Origin: Sphaerodactylus townsendi
Lineage: Eukaryota
NCBI RefSeq assembly: GCF_021028975.2
Contig: NC_059430.1
Location: 33,480,001-33,544,000, forward strand
Length of the DNA: 64,000 bases
Direction of reading: 5' to 3'
Shown piece by piece: positions 1 to 12,984 of the stretch. Within the stretch, counting starts at the first letter, position 1. Every line of letters starts with the position of its first letter. Below the pieces are notes generated by a model. That model was not told where the DNA came from. It made no database searches and saw only the letters and a list, made by a program, of their open reading frames with translations. Made by a program: the position numbers and the translations under genes.

Positions 1-375
1 AGTGGGAGACCGGAGGTCCGTGTTCCTAGCGAGTCTCCCGCCTGCCGGTTCCTGGCACCTTTTATTGTTATCCTATTGGGGGCGTGTAGGAGGGAGGACC
101 GGGGGGAGTTCCGGGAGAGCGGGAGGTCGGGAGATCATCATGTGATGCATGATCTCATCTGGCTACGTGCGGAGAGGAGCGTACGCGTCTGAGCCTAATC
201 CTCACCTGGGGGCAAGACCATTGTCCCTGCGCCCGGTGATTGAGCCAGACAGTTCATGACCCGTGACTCATGGGGGGATGAGGAGTGGGGGTGCGATGCG
301 ACCGGCAAGGCCGCAGGTCCGTTGGCGTCCCAACGTTCTACTACGGCACTGCTGGGTCGGCAGTGCACTACTACA
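1..375 (-). mobile_element. LTR fragment (Gypsy/ERV-like), truncated by window edge
   Basis: CpG-rich block with a sharp boundary at 375. The minus strand begins TGTAGT (LTR-type TG start) and has AATAAA at 61-66. Confidence 0.5.
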
Positions 376-489
376 GGCCTTCATATTGCTGGAAGGTTGG
401 AACTTATCACTTGAACATGTGGTATTCCTGGACCTGGTATCCACTCATATTTGTCAACACTCAAGCTGTCATGAGAGCCCTGACACAAA

Positions 490-835
490 CCAAAACTCTG
501 GAACGTTGTTTCCAGGGAGATTTGTCTGTTATCTTCTGCTGTTATCTTCTCTCAGCTGGTGAAAAACAATTGGTTTGCTTGGCATCCCCTCAGAGATCCC
601 TCCTTCCTGCAGCTAATTCCTGACCAATGTTTTAGTTATAGTTTTCGTGTCTTTTCATATATATTTAGCCCTGTGTTTAACTGTTTAAATGCTTTTAATG
701 ATAATTTTGGTTGTTTTTAATGGTTTTTTAAAAGTTATTTTATTAAATATGTTTTAATTTGTTGGCCACCTGGGTGGCTCTTTTGAGGTCAGAAAATCAG
801 GGTATAAATTTTATGATGGAAAATTTAAAAAATAA
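490..835 (+). mobile_element. Degraded L2 LINE 3' end
   Basis: T-rich 3'UTR followed by an L2-like terminal motif (ggccacctgggtggctcttttgaggtcagaaaatcagggtataaat). Confidence 0.35.
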
Positions 836-1974
836 ACAAACAGAGCAGCAATGAAACACTTAACAGAGCAGCAATGAAACACTTACTGGGCCAATGGTGA
901 AAGAAGATTTAAATATAGCAAGGAAAGAAGTGATGCAACCATGACAACGAATATTCTCCCAACGCAAACAGTAGGATGCTTTCACCACTCCCAGGTGTGT
1001 GATAATGCATGCTTGTTTCATTTTTCTGGATACGGTGTTCTTTCATTTTTCAAAAGCCAAAAGCCAAAATTTTACTTATTGACTGTCAACTCCCAAGCAT
1101 GTTCAGGGCTGCTGCACATATCAGGGATCAGAATCAAGTAGCCTTAACCTCGTCTAAACAGAACTGCATACATTAATTAGGAATTTCTAGCAAGTCCCAT
1201 TATAGGTACTTTAATGTCATATTAGTTCTTCACAATTAATGACCTGGCACTTGGTACCCAATGAATAAATAATGATTGGACATGTCAGTTTAAGTGGAGA
1301 CAGCTGCCCTCCTTGGAGAACTGTGTACTTGTCTAGGTCAAAACTGGCTTGCTGGAACCAGCTAACCAACCAGCTTTCCTGCCCAACCATATATCATCCA
1401 TTTCATGGATGAAATGTGCCACGTTTGGTTAACAAAATGAATCTTCACAAGCACATCTGACACTATAGTGGAGATCTTCCAAAATTACTACTGATTTTCA
1501 GACAACAAATATCAGTTGGAAGGTAGACTCTATGGTATTATACTCCACTGAGTATACTCCACTAATTATATCCCTCCCCAGACTTTACCCCCAAAATCTC
1601 CAGGAAATTTCCCAACCCATTGCTGGCAACTATCACTGCTTCTTAACTTCCAACTTGCTCTCTTTAAAAGGCAGAGTACCATTTTCCCCCACTGCAGCTA
1701 ATTGCTTTGGTAGGTACTGAGGCTGTACCCATTTAAACTAGATCTCCCCTACCACCAATATCTATTTTGAATAGTACAGGTCTGACTTTTTCTTTATTTG
1801 GAAAGTGGATCTGATAATATTGTTAGCTCACATTGGATTTTGCAGTTCTAAAAACATTAGCATATTGTGAGTGAGACCTTATGTAACAAAAAGTGCTGAT
1901 TTGCAACATCTAACTTTCCCTTCTAGTGTGACCTACAGTGGGCATTGAAGCATAGCTTCTTCTTTGAATTCTCA

Positions 1975-2430
1975 GTAGGATCATCAAGCATTGCTGGCTT
2001 GGGGCCAGAGTACTTAAAAGGACAACCACTCCCAGAATGTCCAACCCACCAGTTAGGATCTTTCTCTCAAGCCCTGCTATCTCTTCTGCTGCCTTCAGAA
2101 GCAAAACAAGTGGAAACTAAATACCATTTCCTGTTGTGGCGCTTCTGCATTGGAATACCCTCCCCTCTTGAAGATTGGCTAGCACCTACCACACTCGTCT
2201 TGTGCCAGAACATTTTTTAACCCTGCCTTTTAAGGTAGTTTATATTGACTGCCATCTGCTCTGAGATCTGTTTTATGGATATTTATTAAGGTACTGAATG
2301 GTTGTTTTATGTGACTTTATGCCAAATATCTTGTTTTGTATTTATATCAATACTTCATGTAGTTTCATTATTTTTAAGCCACCCTGATCCTGTCTTGATT
2401 AAGAAATAGCAGGCTATAATTTTAATTTAA
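1975..2430 (+). mobile_element. Degraded L2 LINE ORF2 C-terminus and 3'UTR
   Basis: Translates GLGPEYLK..., later resembling the L2 LWNxLP region. Ends in tttaagccaccctga...ggctataattttaa. Confidence 0.55.
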
Positions 2431-2569
2431 TTAATTATTGGCACCCTGAGCCCTTTCCTATATTGCAGCAGAAATGTACATAGGATACTGTTTTATTTCA
2501 AATTTTGGAATACATACCATCTATATGGTGTTATGCAAGTAGGTCATTTATTTTTGCTGTGAAGTTACA

Positions 2570-2818
2570 GCTGCCTTATGGAGACCCCATAGCATTTTCA
2601 AGGCAAGAGACACTGGCAGGTAATTTGCCATTCCCTGTCTCTGCATCACAACCCTGGTATTCCTTGGAGATCTCCCATTCAAATACCAGCCAAGGTCAGG
2701 GGTGAGAGTGTGCGACTGCCCCAAGACTCAACAAGCTTCTATGGCTCGAGTTGGGATTTCAACTTGGGTTTCCAAGGTCCTAGTCCTACACCTTACCCAC
2801 TACACCACCCTAGCTCTC
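2570..2818 (-). mobile_element. Composite SINE: tRNA-derived head, 5S-like segment and Sauria/BovB-type tail
   Basis: Minus strand reads gagagctagggtggtgtagtgggtaag (A box) ... gttgaaatccc (B box), then 5S-like tatttgaatgggagatc...gaataccaggg, then tcttgccttgaaaat tail. Confidence 0.65.
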
Positions 2819-3149
2819 TGGTCATTCTGTTACTCCCTACAAAAGTTGTGACAGATATAGGTAGTTTTCAGATACTGTTAACACATTCAGGATTTTAATT
2901 TTTTTCAGATGCTTCACCAAATTTGGTTAATTCCTAATAGGGACTGGCAAATTACATAGACTGATGTTCAGCTTATACACCATGGAGAGTATGGATGGTA
3001 AGGTGCCTGGGCTGCAGTTCAACCCACTCCTTATCCTACCTGCCTTCTTGGCTGCATCTGTACGAAGCAATCAAGAAGAACAAAAAGAATATTGGAAATA
3101 AATAAATGTTGAAATAAATATGTGCTGAAATAAAAAAAATCTCAAAATT

Positions 3150-3950
3150 AAATTTGCTATGGAAGTGAAAAGTATGTTATTAGGTGTCTACACCCCACCC
3201 CATTTTTTCCAGAAATCTTGGAAGAACTTGATACTTGGTAACGGTGGCCAGAATCATATTTGCAGCAAAATGAAAAGCATGAAAAGCACGGGGCCGGGTC
3301 AACTGTCCATCTGAAAAGGCTGTGAAAGCAAACTAACTGAATATGCAATAATGGCAAAACTGATGAACGATGTGAATAAAAGAACAATTAAAGAATTTCA
3401 AGATAAGTGAAAATAATATTACTCGTATTATTATTTTACAATGGGGAATATAAAATGAGGTTGTTGAAATGATATATATGAATTAATAATAATCTTTAAA
3501 TGTATTGAAAAGTTGTCAAAGGGGGAAACATGTAAATATATTATGAATAGATAACAATAATATGTGGATTTAATTTTCAATGTTTGGGAAGTTTTTTAGA
3601 AATTTACAATTGTAGTCATTGCAAACTTTTTTCATCTATTTTATTATAATAAATCTTACAATAATGTTTTACATCATTATTGGGATTTTTCAAATTCTGG
3701 TTAGGGTATCATGATTTATACTAAGATTATTATGATAATTACTATTTAATGTTCATTATTAGACCACTATTTATTGTTCCTAACTGCCATTATCACTTAT
3801 TGTCTATGGGTTATTATATCATTATTTATATAAATGCATGTATGAGTGCATGCATATTCTTTCTTTTCCTTGTCTATTGATTTAACAGTTGTTCTGATAT
3901 TTTTTCTGTTCTGTTTATATCTATATCTTTATTTTTTAAAATGTCACTCT
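3150..3950 (+). mobile_element. Old L1/Tx1-like 3' fragment
   Basis: YLVTVARIIFAAK*K at ~3230-3275 resembles the L1 C-terminal IIAARLVFAKHWK seen at 15.9 kb. Followed by a very AT-rich 3'UTR. Confidence 0.45.
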
Positions 3951-4416
3951 ATTCCTTTCATCTGAGTTGAAAAATACTTGTTAGTGACACAGTATCATCA
4001 CACACATGGGGTTTATTTCTTCAAATAAAAAATAAGCCAATCAGGGAGAAGGCTACTAGTTTTCCAGTTATAGGGAATTTATTAATATAACACACTTTTG
4101 AAAAATGATGCAACTCATTTTACTATCTCAATGCTACCACCTCATTCTACATTCACGGATTAGGACAATGAGGAGGCATAGCTAGGGAAAATGGAGCGCG
4201 GTGCAAAATCTGAGTTTTCCCCACCCCCATTCCCCCATGTTGGTGTTTTTTGTATTTTTTAGTATTGTTTCAGTTTTTGGCCTGTAGGGGGTGCAGGCTT
4301 TAGGCTAGCAGCACCAAAATTGCAGGGTATCTTTAAGAGACTCTTCTGATGACACCACCCAGGTTTGGTTCAGGGTGTAGCCCCTCAAAGGTGTAGCCCC
4401 CAACTCCTATTAGTCC

Positions 4417-4552
4417 CAGTGGTGGGACTCAAATAATTTAACAACCAGTTCCAGAGGTGGGATTTAAATAATTTAACAACTGGCTGTTTACAAGCACCAT
4501 TTTAACAACCACTTCTGCCTAAGTGGTGCAAACCTGCTGAATCCCACCACAG
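4417..4552. mobile_element. Non-autonomous hAT-type DNA transposon (cagtggtgggattc TIR class), adjoining another DNA-element fragment at ~4171-4416
   Basis: Ends cagtggtgggactc ... gaatcccaccacag form an imperfect TIR. No clear TSD. Confidence 0.5.
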
Positions 4553-4573
4553 TCTACAACTCAAGATGCCAGG

Positions 4574-7087
4574 CCACTCTTCCCAACAAAGGGCCATACT
4601 CAGCTGCAGGACAGAAAATATCCAGGTGGTTTGACGAAGAGTGCTATCAAATGAAAGCACACCTCAGAGCCCTTCATCGTACTTTCCTAGAAAATGCGAC
4701 TGCCAGATCATATGACGAATACCAACAATTCAAAACCCAGTTCCAGAAAGCCCTGATTATAAAGAAGAGGCAATTGGTGCAAAAAAACCTGGGCTGATCT
4801 GATTGCTACAATCAATGCCAAGAACACCAAACAATTTTGGAACCTCGTTTCCAAGGGCAGCTCTCACAACTCTACCGCATACACCTTGGCCTCCTCTATC
4901 ACCCCTTCAACATGGTGGGAGCACTACAATAAAATCTTCTCTGACCCAGATTCCAATCAACCCGATGTGGAGCTACTTGCTCTTGAAGACCTGCCCAGAT
5001 GGCCTCGAGTCACTTCCACCGAAATATTCTGGCTTATTAGAAAACTCAAACATGGAAAGGCCCCTGGTCCAGATGGCCTATTCCCTGAAATCTTTACCAA
5101 CTATGCCGGAAACTGGGCTCCTATATTGGTGAAACTTTTCTCATCAATTGATAATAGCAGCCAATTACCCCAAGATTGGACCAAGGCCACTGTTGTTCCA
5201 ATTTTTAAGAAAGGAAATTATGATACACCTTCCAATTACAGGCCAATCAGCCTCCTATCTATCCCAGGGAAACTGTACGCATGAATCACCTCCTTGAGAA
5301 ACTTCATGAATGGGCCATTCAGCTACCGCCAGTCCTGAGCAAATCGGTTTCATCAAGGGCCGCTTGCGGCTCCTGACCACTTTTAATGCGGTACTGAGGC
5401 ACCTAAAGCGATATGGAAAAACCAAGAGCGCTCTGGACTGCCATATGCTTTCGTTCCTGGAGCCTGAGGGAGTGCCTTTGATTCAATCCCCAGAGCAACT
5501 TCTTTGGAACAAACTAAAGTGCTCTGGGGATAGAGAAAACTTACTTCTCCTCATCCAAAGACTTTATACTGCCACCACTTGCGGCATACGTTACAATCCT
5601 ACTGCGAGCTCATGCACCCCCGAAATAATTTCTAATAAGAGTGTCAAGCAAGGCTGTGTCCTTGCTCCTCTACCGCCTCTTCAACCTGTTTCCTTACAGG
5701 ACAGCCAAATTCCCTTCCAACCGCTCGAGCTCACCCTCCCATCCTTAGCAACGCTCCCTTGACCACCCTTCCTATACGCCCGATGTGCGGTATTACTCCT
5801 AAGCGTGCCAAGATGGGCCTGGAAGCGTCTACTCCGCGCCCTTCGCATGAACTACTGCGAGATACAATCAACTTACAATAAACCTATGAGAAGACTAAAA
5901 TGCATTGACATTCTCAAAAGCGTGGAAACCAGCAGCATGGTCTATCAGTGGGAACAGAATTGACCAAGTCAAAAGTTTCAACTACTTGGGAATCCGTTTC
6001 CAATATAACCTGAATTGGACCGAGCAATACAAGCACATCTCCCTCTCCACCAATCAGTGCGCGGCAGCAATTAGGCGGTTCTTCTACTCCCAAGGGGGTC
6101 AATGCGTCCCAGCAGCAGTGAGAGCCTTTGAAGGCAAACTGATCCCAAAAACCTTGTATGGCGCTCCAATCTGGCTAAATCATAATCTAAAGCCTCTTGA
6201 GTCTATACAATCTAGCTTCTTTCGCAAACTACTTGGAATTTCGAACAGCGTGTCATCTCTCTCTTTATGTTCGGAATTAGGTCTAAATCTTCTCGAAACA
6301 TGTATATGGCTCTTCTCGCTTCGATACTGGCTGCGCCTCCATTTCCGATCAGGAGAACAGGACAGCCTAACCAGCGAAGATAGCACCAGATTCCTACCTC
6401 TCCACTTAAAGTCTTCTGATAAAGACAAAAATTAAGTCGTTAGACTGGCTTTGGGCTATTCATAGAAGCATGGACGAAGCGCCAAATAGTCAAACTTCTT
6501 ATCGCTAAACTGGAGCTGCTTGACACTGAAGAATTAATTGCTTTCTACTCAATACATGAAGGAGCAGTTTACCGGAATCCCACCCTCTTCCTTTGAGTAA
6601 AGGGCTACCAAATTGCGCTTTACAATATATCTTCACCATATCTCCGGTGATACCCTAAGGCTGAAACCGACTGAATGCCCTACCTTCAAGCAGTCCTGAG
6701 CGTGAGATTTCTCCAGATCCCATACCAACAAAGAGCGTGTCCCTGCTCACAAAAAGCCGGTGAAATGTCGAGCACATCCTCCTAGATTGCGAACTATATA
6801 CTTCATCTAGAAGACAATATATAGACCCATACACTGAGAACTATGCCAACTCACCAGATAAGGTTAAATCCTTCTTTCTGCTTTGTGATCAGTCTCCTCA
6901 GAGATCCCTAGACGTTGCCAAATTCCTGGCGCTGGCACAGCAGATTCGTCACAGATTTTAGTTTATTTATTTATTTATTGTTTTAACTGCTGGAAATGTC
7001 CGAACCTACTTATTTTAACTTGATTCTCCTCAACCTCCCTGTTGTATTTTAAACTTATGCCAATAAAAAGGTTGATGATGATGATGA
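4574..7087 (+). mobile_element. 5'-truncated RTE-X-like non-LTR retrotransposon (frameshifted RT)
   Basis: WFDEECYQMK; KAPGPDG; VVPIFKKG...NYRPISLLSIPGKLY; VKQGCVLAP; FNYLGI; C-terminal C-P-C...EHILLDC zinc knuckle; aataaa plus (GAT)n tail; imperfect TSD aactcaagatgccagg / aactcaaggtgcccagg. Confidence 0.8.
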
Positions 7088-7166
7088 ACTCAAGGTGCCC
7101 AGGACTGAACCTGGGACTTGCTGAATGCTAAGCCTCTGCTCTATCACTATCCCGCAGTTCCTCCCC
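7088..7166 (-). mobile_element. tRNA-derived SINE head (target of the RTE-X insertion); related copies at ~11090-11215, 36022-36218 and 57168-57240
   Basis: Minus strand gatagtgatagagcagaggcttagcattcagcaagtcccaggttcagtcctggg, a tRNA-like A/B box layout. Confidence 0.55.
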
Positions 7167-8254
7167 AGTCATGAGAGCCCCAGCACATAGTTCTGGTCTA
7201 AATAAGTATACTGAACACTAATGTCTTGAAGAATAAAAATAAAATCTGCCAGTATCTTTAGGTGGCATTGCAATGCGCTAATCTATTTGCTCCCTGCATC
7301 AGGAAGGCTTATAAAGAACCCTTGAACTCTTTCTCAAATGAGGTCACAATCCTACTGTTTCCCTACAGTTATTTATTTTAAAGAAACATAGAAAGAAAAT
7401 ATCCTTTCTCAGAATAGCAGCAGTGACGATGGAGACACAGAGTATTTTCTCGGGATTAATGACTTCCCCGGGTTAATGGCTTTGAGCAATTTATTCCTCT
7501 GAGGCAATCATTAATCCCTCACAAATGTCACACACCTTCATTTGTTTGGCTTGTATATTGGCACAAATATGAAACCGTATGATATATCCTGCAGGGACCA
7601 ACTGTACACATTACAGCTGCCAGAACCAATATTCAAATCCATGCAAAATAGATTCATAGCTTCCTTCTGAACAAATTTGCAACAATCAGATGACTTTTCC
7701 ATTAATTACTTCAAGTGTTTCCTCAGGAGTGAATAAGAGCTCCTTGTGAAAGCATTTTATAATAATAAAAATGGCCAGCTCTTACAGAAAATGGTTGCAT
7801 TTGACCAATGGCTATTTAGAAAGAACCAATATCTTCCTAAAAGATATCTCTGTACATAGATTTAATTACACTGATAAGGCTAGGAAGAGCAAGAATCAAT
7901 TATTCATTGAAACAGATTAAAGGATCGTTCTTTTGCACCAAAGTATTTTCTTACAAGATCATTTACACTTAAGGTAGATTTAAAACAAAACAAAAAAAGT
8001 AACCATACTTTATTTTCTGGCAAAACAGGCGCTGGGTAAGTTGAAGAAGCCCATTAATATTGGAAACCATAATGCTATTCAAGCTGGAGAATCCAAAGAA
8101 TTGAAAACACATAATACCAGGGAAAAAGGCAGTCATGTGTTTGTTACTTGGAGAGAATGACTACATTTGCCTAAATTTTCCTCTTTTTGTTCCCAATTGG
8201 AGATTATTCACTTACGGTATTTTAATTTGTACTTCTTATTTTAATGTGTATTTA

Positions 8255-8460
8255 TTTGTACTCTGCTTTTCTCTCCAATCAGGATCCAAAGAAGTCTACA
8301 ACACTATTTCCCCCTCCTCCATTTTATCCTTACAATAATTTTTGAGGTAGGTTAGGCTGGGAGAACGTAACTGAGGCCCAAGGTCATCTAGGAAGCTTCC
8401 ATGGTAGAACAGGGATTTGAACTTGGTTCTCTTGGAACACTCTAACCACTATACTACTCT
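8255..8460 (-). mobile_element. tRNA/CORE-type SINE (Squam3-like), old copy
   Basis: cccaaggtcatctagg core, gatttgaactt B box, ctctaaccactatact A box. Confidence 0.6.
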
Positions 8461-9446
8461 AATTGTCCAGTGTAAACTCCTTGAATAAAGGGAACTATCT
8501 AATTTTTGCCTCCGTTCTGTATGCTGCCATATTCACAGATGGCACTAAACAAGCTGTTATATCAAAGCCACTTTCTTTCTCTGTGGAAAATTATCCTTGT
8601 TGGTCCTTTATATATTTTGGGTGTTCCTAACCATGACTTATCAATGTAAAAATTGAAATTACATTTCAATAATCCTCCAAGGTGGATGTTTCAACAGAAC
8701 AGTACTACCCTCAGCCACAATATTTAGTTTGGCAATTTGACACTGGCAATATTTGAAAAGGAATTTTTAGTTTTGTTTTCTTCTGGGTAGTAAAACTGAT
8801 ATCCTGAAGACTGATTTTTTTTTTAAAAAACATACTTTTGAATACATTTAGTTTTGCCATCTTGAAGAACACTGCATAGCTCATAACCCTTAGGGCTGTC
8901 AGTGTGCCTTACTGAATGCTCTCCAACGTTACACAGATGAAAATGGGTCATTGTTATAACACTTTGATTCTGGCAGCAAGGATCACTGCCTCGGAACTTT
9001 TTATTATATATTGCAAAAGGCTGTTTCTGTCTAATGTTTTGATTAACTGGGCAGTAGCCTATCATCCAACTCTCAAAAGCCTGACTTCACTAATGCTGAA
9101 CTAACATAATTGTCCCACACTGTATTATCAATAATCCTAAACACAGCACAGAAGCTGCAGGAGATGGAATGGCTGGACACTGCATGGAGCCTTAGTGTTC
9201 ATGCGCACACATTTGATACATCTACTTGAGAGGAGATGTATCAATATTAGGTCCAGAAATGTATGGTAACTAATGAAGACTCCGGGGAGGGAGCTGGACT
9301 TTGAAGGCTGACACCTCTAGCACTAACAATATTTTAATGCAACAACCATGAAGGGAAAATGCAAGGATAAAGATTTACTTGGGACAGGTGAAGAGAGCAG
9401 GGATTGACCCAAAGAAATTATTTCCAGATGGGTAGTTATGCTAAAC

Positions 9447-9594
9447 CAGGGGTAGGGAACCTGCGGCTCTCCAGATGTTCAGGAACTGCAATTCCCATCA
9501 GCCTCTGTCAGCATGGCCAATTGGTTATGCTGGTAGGGGCTGATGGGAATTGTAGTTCCTGAACATCTGAAGAGCTGCAGGTTCCCTACCCCTG
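9447..9594. mobile_element. Palindromic hAT (Charlie-like) MITE
   Basis: TIR caggggtagggaacc/ggttccctacccctg; whole element is a hairpin; perfect 8-bp TSD tgctaaac. Confidence 0.9.
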
Positions 9595-9791
9595 TGCTAA
9601 ACCCTAGCAGCAAAATAAAGCAGTAATCCAGCGGTACATCAGATGCCTGTGGATTCTGGTTTTATTTTCCCAAGGAAAGAGGGACTGACTTACTACAATT
9701 CCGTAAAGTGGCTCATATTACAATAAGGGGCTAGTGGCTAGTATGACAATGCAGAAGACACAAAGAGAGTGAGGATTTCCTAAAGCCATAT

Positions 9792-9880
9792 GCAATACCA
9801 ACCTAAGCAGAATTACATTCTTCTAAGACCACTGACTTCCATGGGCTTAGAAGATGTAACTCTGTTTAGGACTGCACTGT
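9792..9880. repeat. Short palindromic MITE-like repeat; related copies at ~9910-9970, 25520-25610 and 29500
   Basis: cctaagcagaattaca...ttctaag...cttagaa...tgtaactctgtttagg hairpin recurring several times in the window. Confidence 0.55.
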
Positions 9881-10873
9881 CTGAAGTCTTTTGTTGCGAC
9901 TTTAATCTTATACCTGCTTGAGTCCCTTAAAATTAATGGGATTAGAATGGTGTAACTGTGCTTAGGATAAAACTAACAGTGAATTTGTGGCTGAGATGAG
10001 ATGTGAGTCAATGATATCATTTTCTTAGTCCCTAAGTTATATCAGCCCCCTGCCTACTGATTTATTTAGAATATGTATACACCTACCTTTCTACTGAGCA
10101 TCGCAGGACCCACAGTGGGCCACGAACAACTTTGATCAGGAAGAGCTTAATTATTAAAAATGATATTTTGACAACAGAGGCTCTGAAAAACAAAAGTAAC
10201 AGCAGCAGTGGAGGAATGAGCTAACACCACATCTCACCTGCACCACGGGGACCTCCGTTCAGCTTGCATTTAGCAAGACGTTAAACTCTGGAGCCACTCC
10301 AAAGCCTTTTGCTTCCAGCGCACCAGTGCAATGCAAATGTTCTTTTTCTCCAGCTGCTCTGCCAATTATGAATATTTAATGCATTGAAATGAACTGAAAG
10401 CTACCACTGTGCATCTGCTCGAGCAATCTCGCCTTCCACTGACATCAAAGCTTTGCTCTTCTAAATATGATACTAAATCTTATTGCTGTATGAATGCTGG
10501 TCTGTCGAAGGAAGTTGCATAAAGTGCACTCATAGCAAATGTTGAGGTCTGCTTGAAGAGAAGAGGTGAAAAGGCTTCTCCCTGCTACACCTGTCAGTTT
10601 GTGCTTCAGCTACTTTGGCCAATTCCCCACAACAGCCTTCCATCCTCTCATTTTCCCTCCATTCTCTAATTGGATTAATGACTACTTTGTTTTACTCAAC
10701 CCTTTTACTACCATAATAGGAAACTTTCATGTTTGCAGGAATTGTGGGAAATGGCAACCTGCTTACTGCCAATATGAATGTGAAATGCTCACAATAACTA
10801 AACTCAATGGTCACTACATAACAGTCTGTCATACGGCAGGATGGCTGGCCGAGGAACTGTACTGGCCCTAGAC

Positions 10874-11040
10874 CAGTGGTTCTCAACCTTCCTAATGCCA
10901 CGACCCTTTAATACAGTTCCTCGTGTTGTGGCGACCCCCAACCCTAACATTTATCCATTTTACAGATGGAGAACACTGATGCAGAGAGTCTTAGGCAACC
11001 CCTGTGAAAGGGTTGTTCAACCCCAGGTTGAAAACCACTG
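10874..11040. mobile_element. SPIN-derived non-autonomous hAT element
   Basis: End cagtggttctcaaccttcctaatgccacgaccctttaatacagttcctc matches the recalled SPIN/URR1-type terminus; opposite end ggttgaaaaccactg; 8-bp TSD ccctagac. Confidence 0.8.
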
Positions 11041-11566
11041 CCCTAGACTATGTAGAAAGTGAGTGGCAAAGGGCAGACAAACACATAAAGCTGTTTTATA
11101 CCAAGTTGGGTGACTTCTTCACTCTGTATTGCCTCCTCTGACTGGCAGCAGGTGTTGATACTAGGGATTGAAGATGGAACCTTTGCCAGGCAATGCAAGT
11201 GCTATGCTGCTGAGGCAGGGCACAACTTTCAGGTGAAAATTCATGATATGGAAAGTCCTGTGCATATTCATTTTAAAAAATCAGTTCCACTGAACATAAT
11301 GCAACTTACCTCCAAACAAAAATGCATGGGACTTGGCTGTAGAATACTATGCTAAGCTACGTGTAGATTATTTATTACTGCTATTGTTATTTCAGAATGA
11401 TCAACATGTATGGAGTTTTACTGAAAAGATCTTTGCCTTGAAGAGTTTACAGTATTAAATTTGACTCAGAAGATTCAGGAAAGGAAGGAAAAGAGGACGG
11501 GTCTAGGCAGGGACAAGAATAGGAGAAATATAGTTTCCACAATGGAAGAAACTATAGGGTGGAGTT

Positions 11567-11731
11567 CAGGTTGCAGGCTCCAGGTTGGGAAATACCTGAA
11601 GATTTTGGGGATGGTGAATGAGGAAGGTGGAGCTTAAGAAAGAGAAGTACCTCAATGAACTGCTCTTTGTTGCCTGGAGATCAGATGTTATCCCAGAAAA
11701 TCTCTAGCTACTCCCTTGATGTTGGCAACCA
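11567..11731. repeat. Dispersed 'agggttgcca...ggagatttgggggtggag' repeat family, probably a non-autonomous DNA transposon; other copies at ~1500-1630, 11900-12070, 19100-19280, 25720-26010, 29760-29960, 40220-40360 and 50220-50460
   Basis: Recurrent shared motifs ggagatttgggg, ggagatcagttgtaattccaggagatctccagg and gttggcaacc across the window. Confidence 0.5.
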
Positions 11732-12984
11732 CAGGCTGAACCCAAGGTTCCATTAACAAAAATGGAATTTGAAAGAGGTGGGAGAGGTGGAACTATGCAG
11801 GTGTCCTGGGTGGATGTTCCAGGAATAAGAGGCAGCAAAGGAAATTGGAGGTGTTTGTTTAGAGATAGACTGACCTTTTTTACTTACCATGTAATCTCAC
11901 ACTGGGCTAGAAATTTGGGGGTGGAATCTGGGGAGGGTGGGATTTAGTGAGGGAGATCTCCGTGTGTCATAAAGTCTATTCCCAGTCATTTTATCCAGGA
12001 AAATTGGTTTCTGTCACCTGAAATTCAGCTGTAATTCCAAGAGATCAGCAGGCCCACCAGGAAGCTGACACTGGGTCAACAGAAGGCGTGTTCACTCCCA
12101 CTGGTGATATCAACAGGCAACGTTTTGCCTGTTGCTGCCTCCCAGCCCCATGGGGACTGATGGGTTCAACTTGTTTTAACTTTCCCGTTGGGTTTCCAGG
12201 GTCATCTGAGGGAGAAGACCTTCAGGCAGCAAAGAGTGGTGGAGCTGGATATTTACTTTTTGGATATTTGTTTAATGTTCATACCTTTCCAAATTTGCTG
12301 TCTGAGGCTAAGCAATGCCTTTCATACTAGTTTCATTTGAAAGAGCAGGCTCTGCCAATATTCATTTTTTAACTAAAGAAAGGGGTCTTAATCTTGCGTG
12401 TGAATGTTTTGATTCATGTTCTGCAATGTACTTCAGTACGTTGTGGTCTGAACATTGAGCAGATGTGATTTAAGAGTGGAAAGTAAGGAACACCCTTCTC
12501 TGGGTTTTTCCAAGCAGCAGAAATATAACATTGGCTTAAATACATTGTAAAAAAAAAAAGCCAGCTCTTTTTGATTTGGTGCTAATCCTCATAGCAGAGA
12601 GAAGTTGGGGGGATTGGGATTCATCTCAGCAACAGAATTATACTATTAAGATTCTTCTGATGCAGAAGTTTGCAGACTTTGACATAACAAGCCTACTTAA
12701 GGCAGCCTTACAACCTGAACGCCCATTCACATGCCAGATGCATACTGCTCATTTATTTCTTAACAGGCTGCAAATTTTCAAGGAATATACTGGGCATTGG
12801 GAGGGACAGCTGAATGATATACCCTGATTTCAGCTTGGAAGCTATGCGGGGTTAAACTGGGATGGGAGACCACCAAGGAAGATTCTGCAGAAGAAGGAAA
12901 AGGCAAACCACCTCTGCTTCTCACTGGTCTTTAGTCACTTACATATATTTGGCACACCAGGATTGTATGGAAGTCAGGCTATAT

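Noticed and set aside
9447-9880. Hairpins as pre-miRNAs
   Set aside because: Multi-copy palindromic MITEs, one with an 8-bp TSD; no recognisable mature miRNA.
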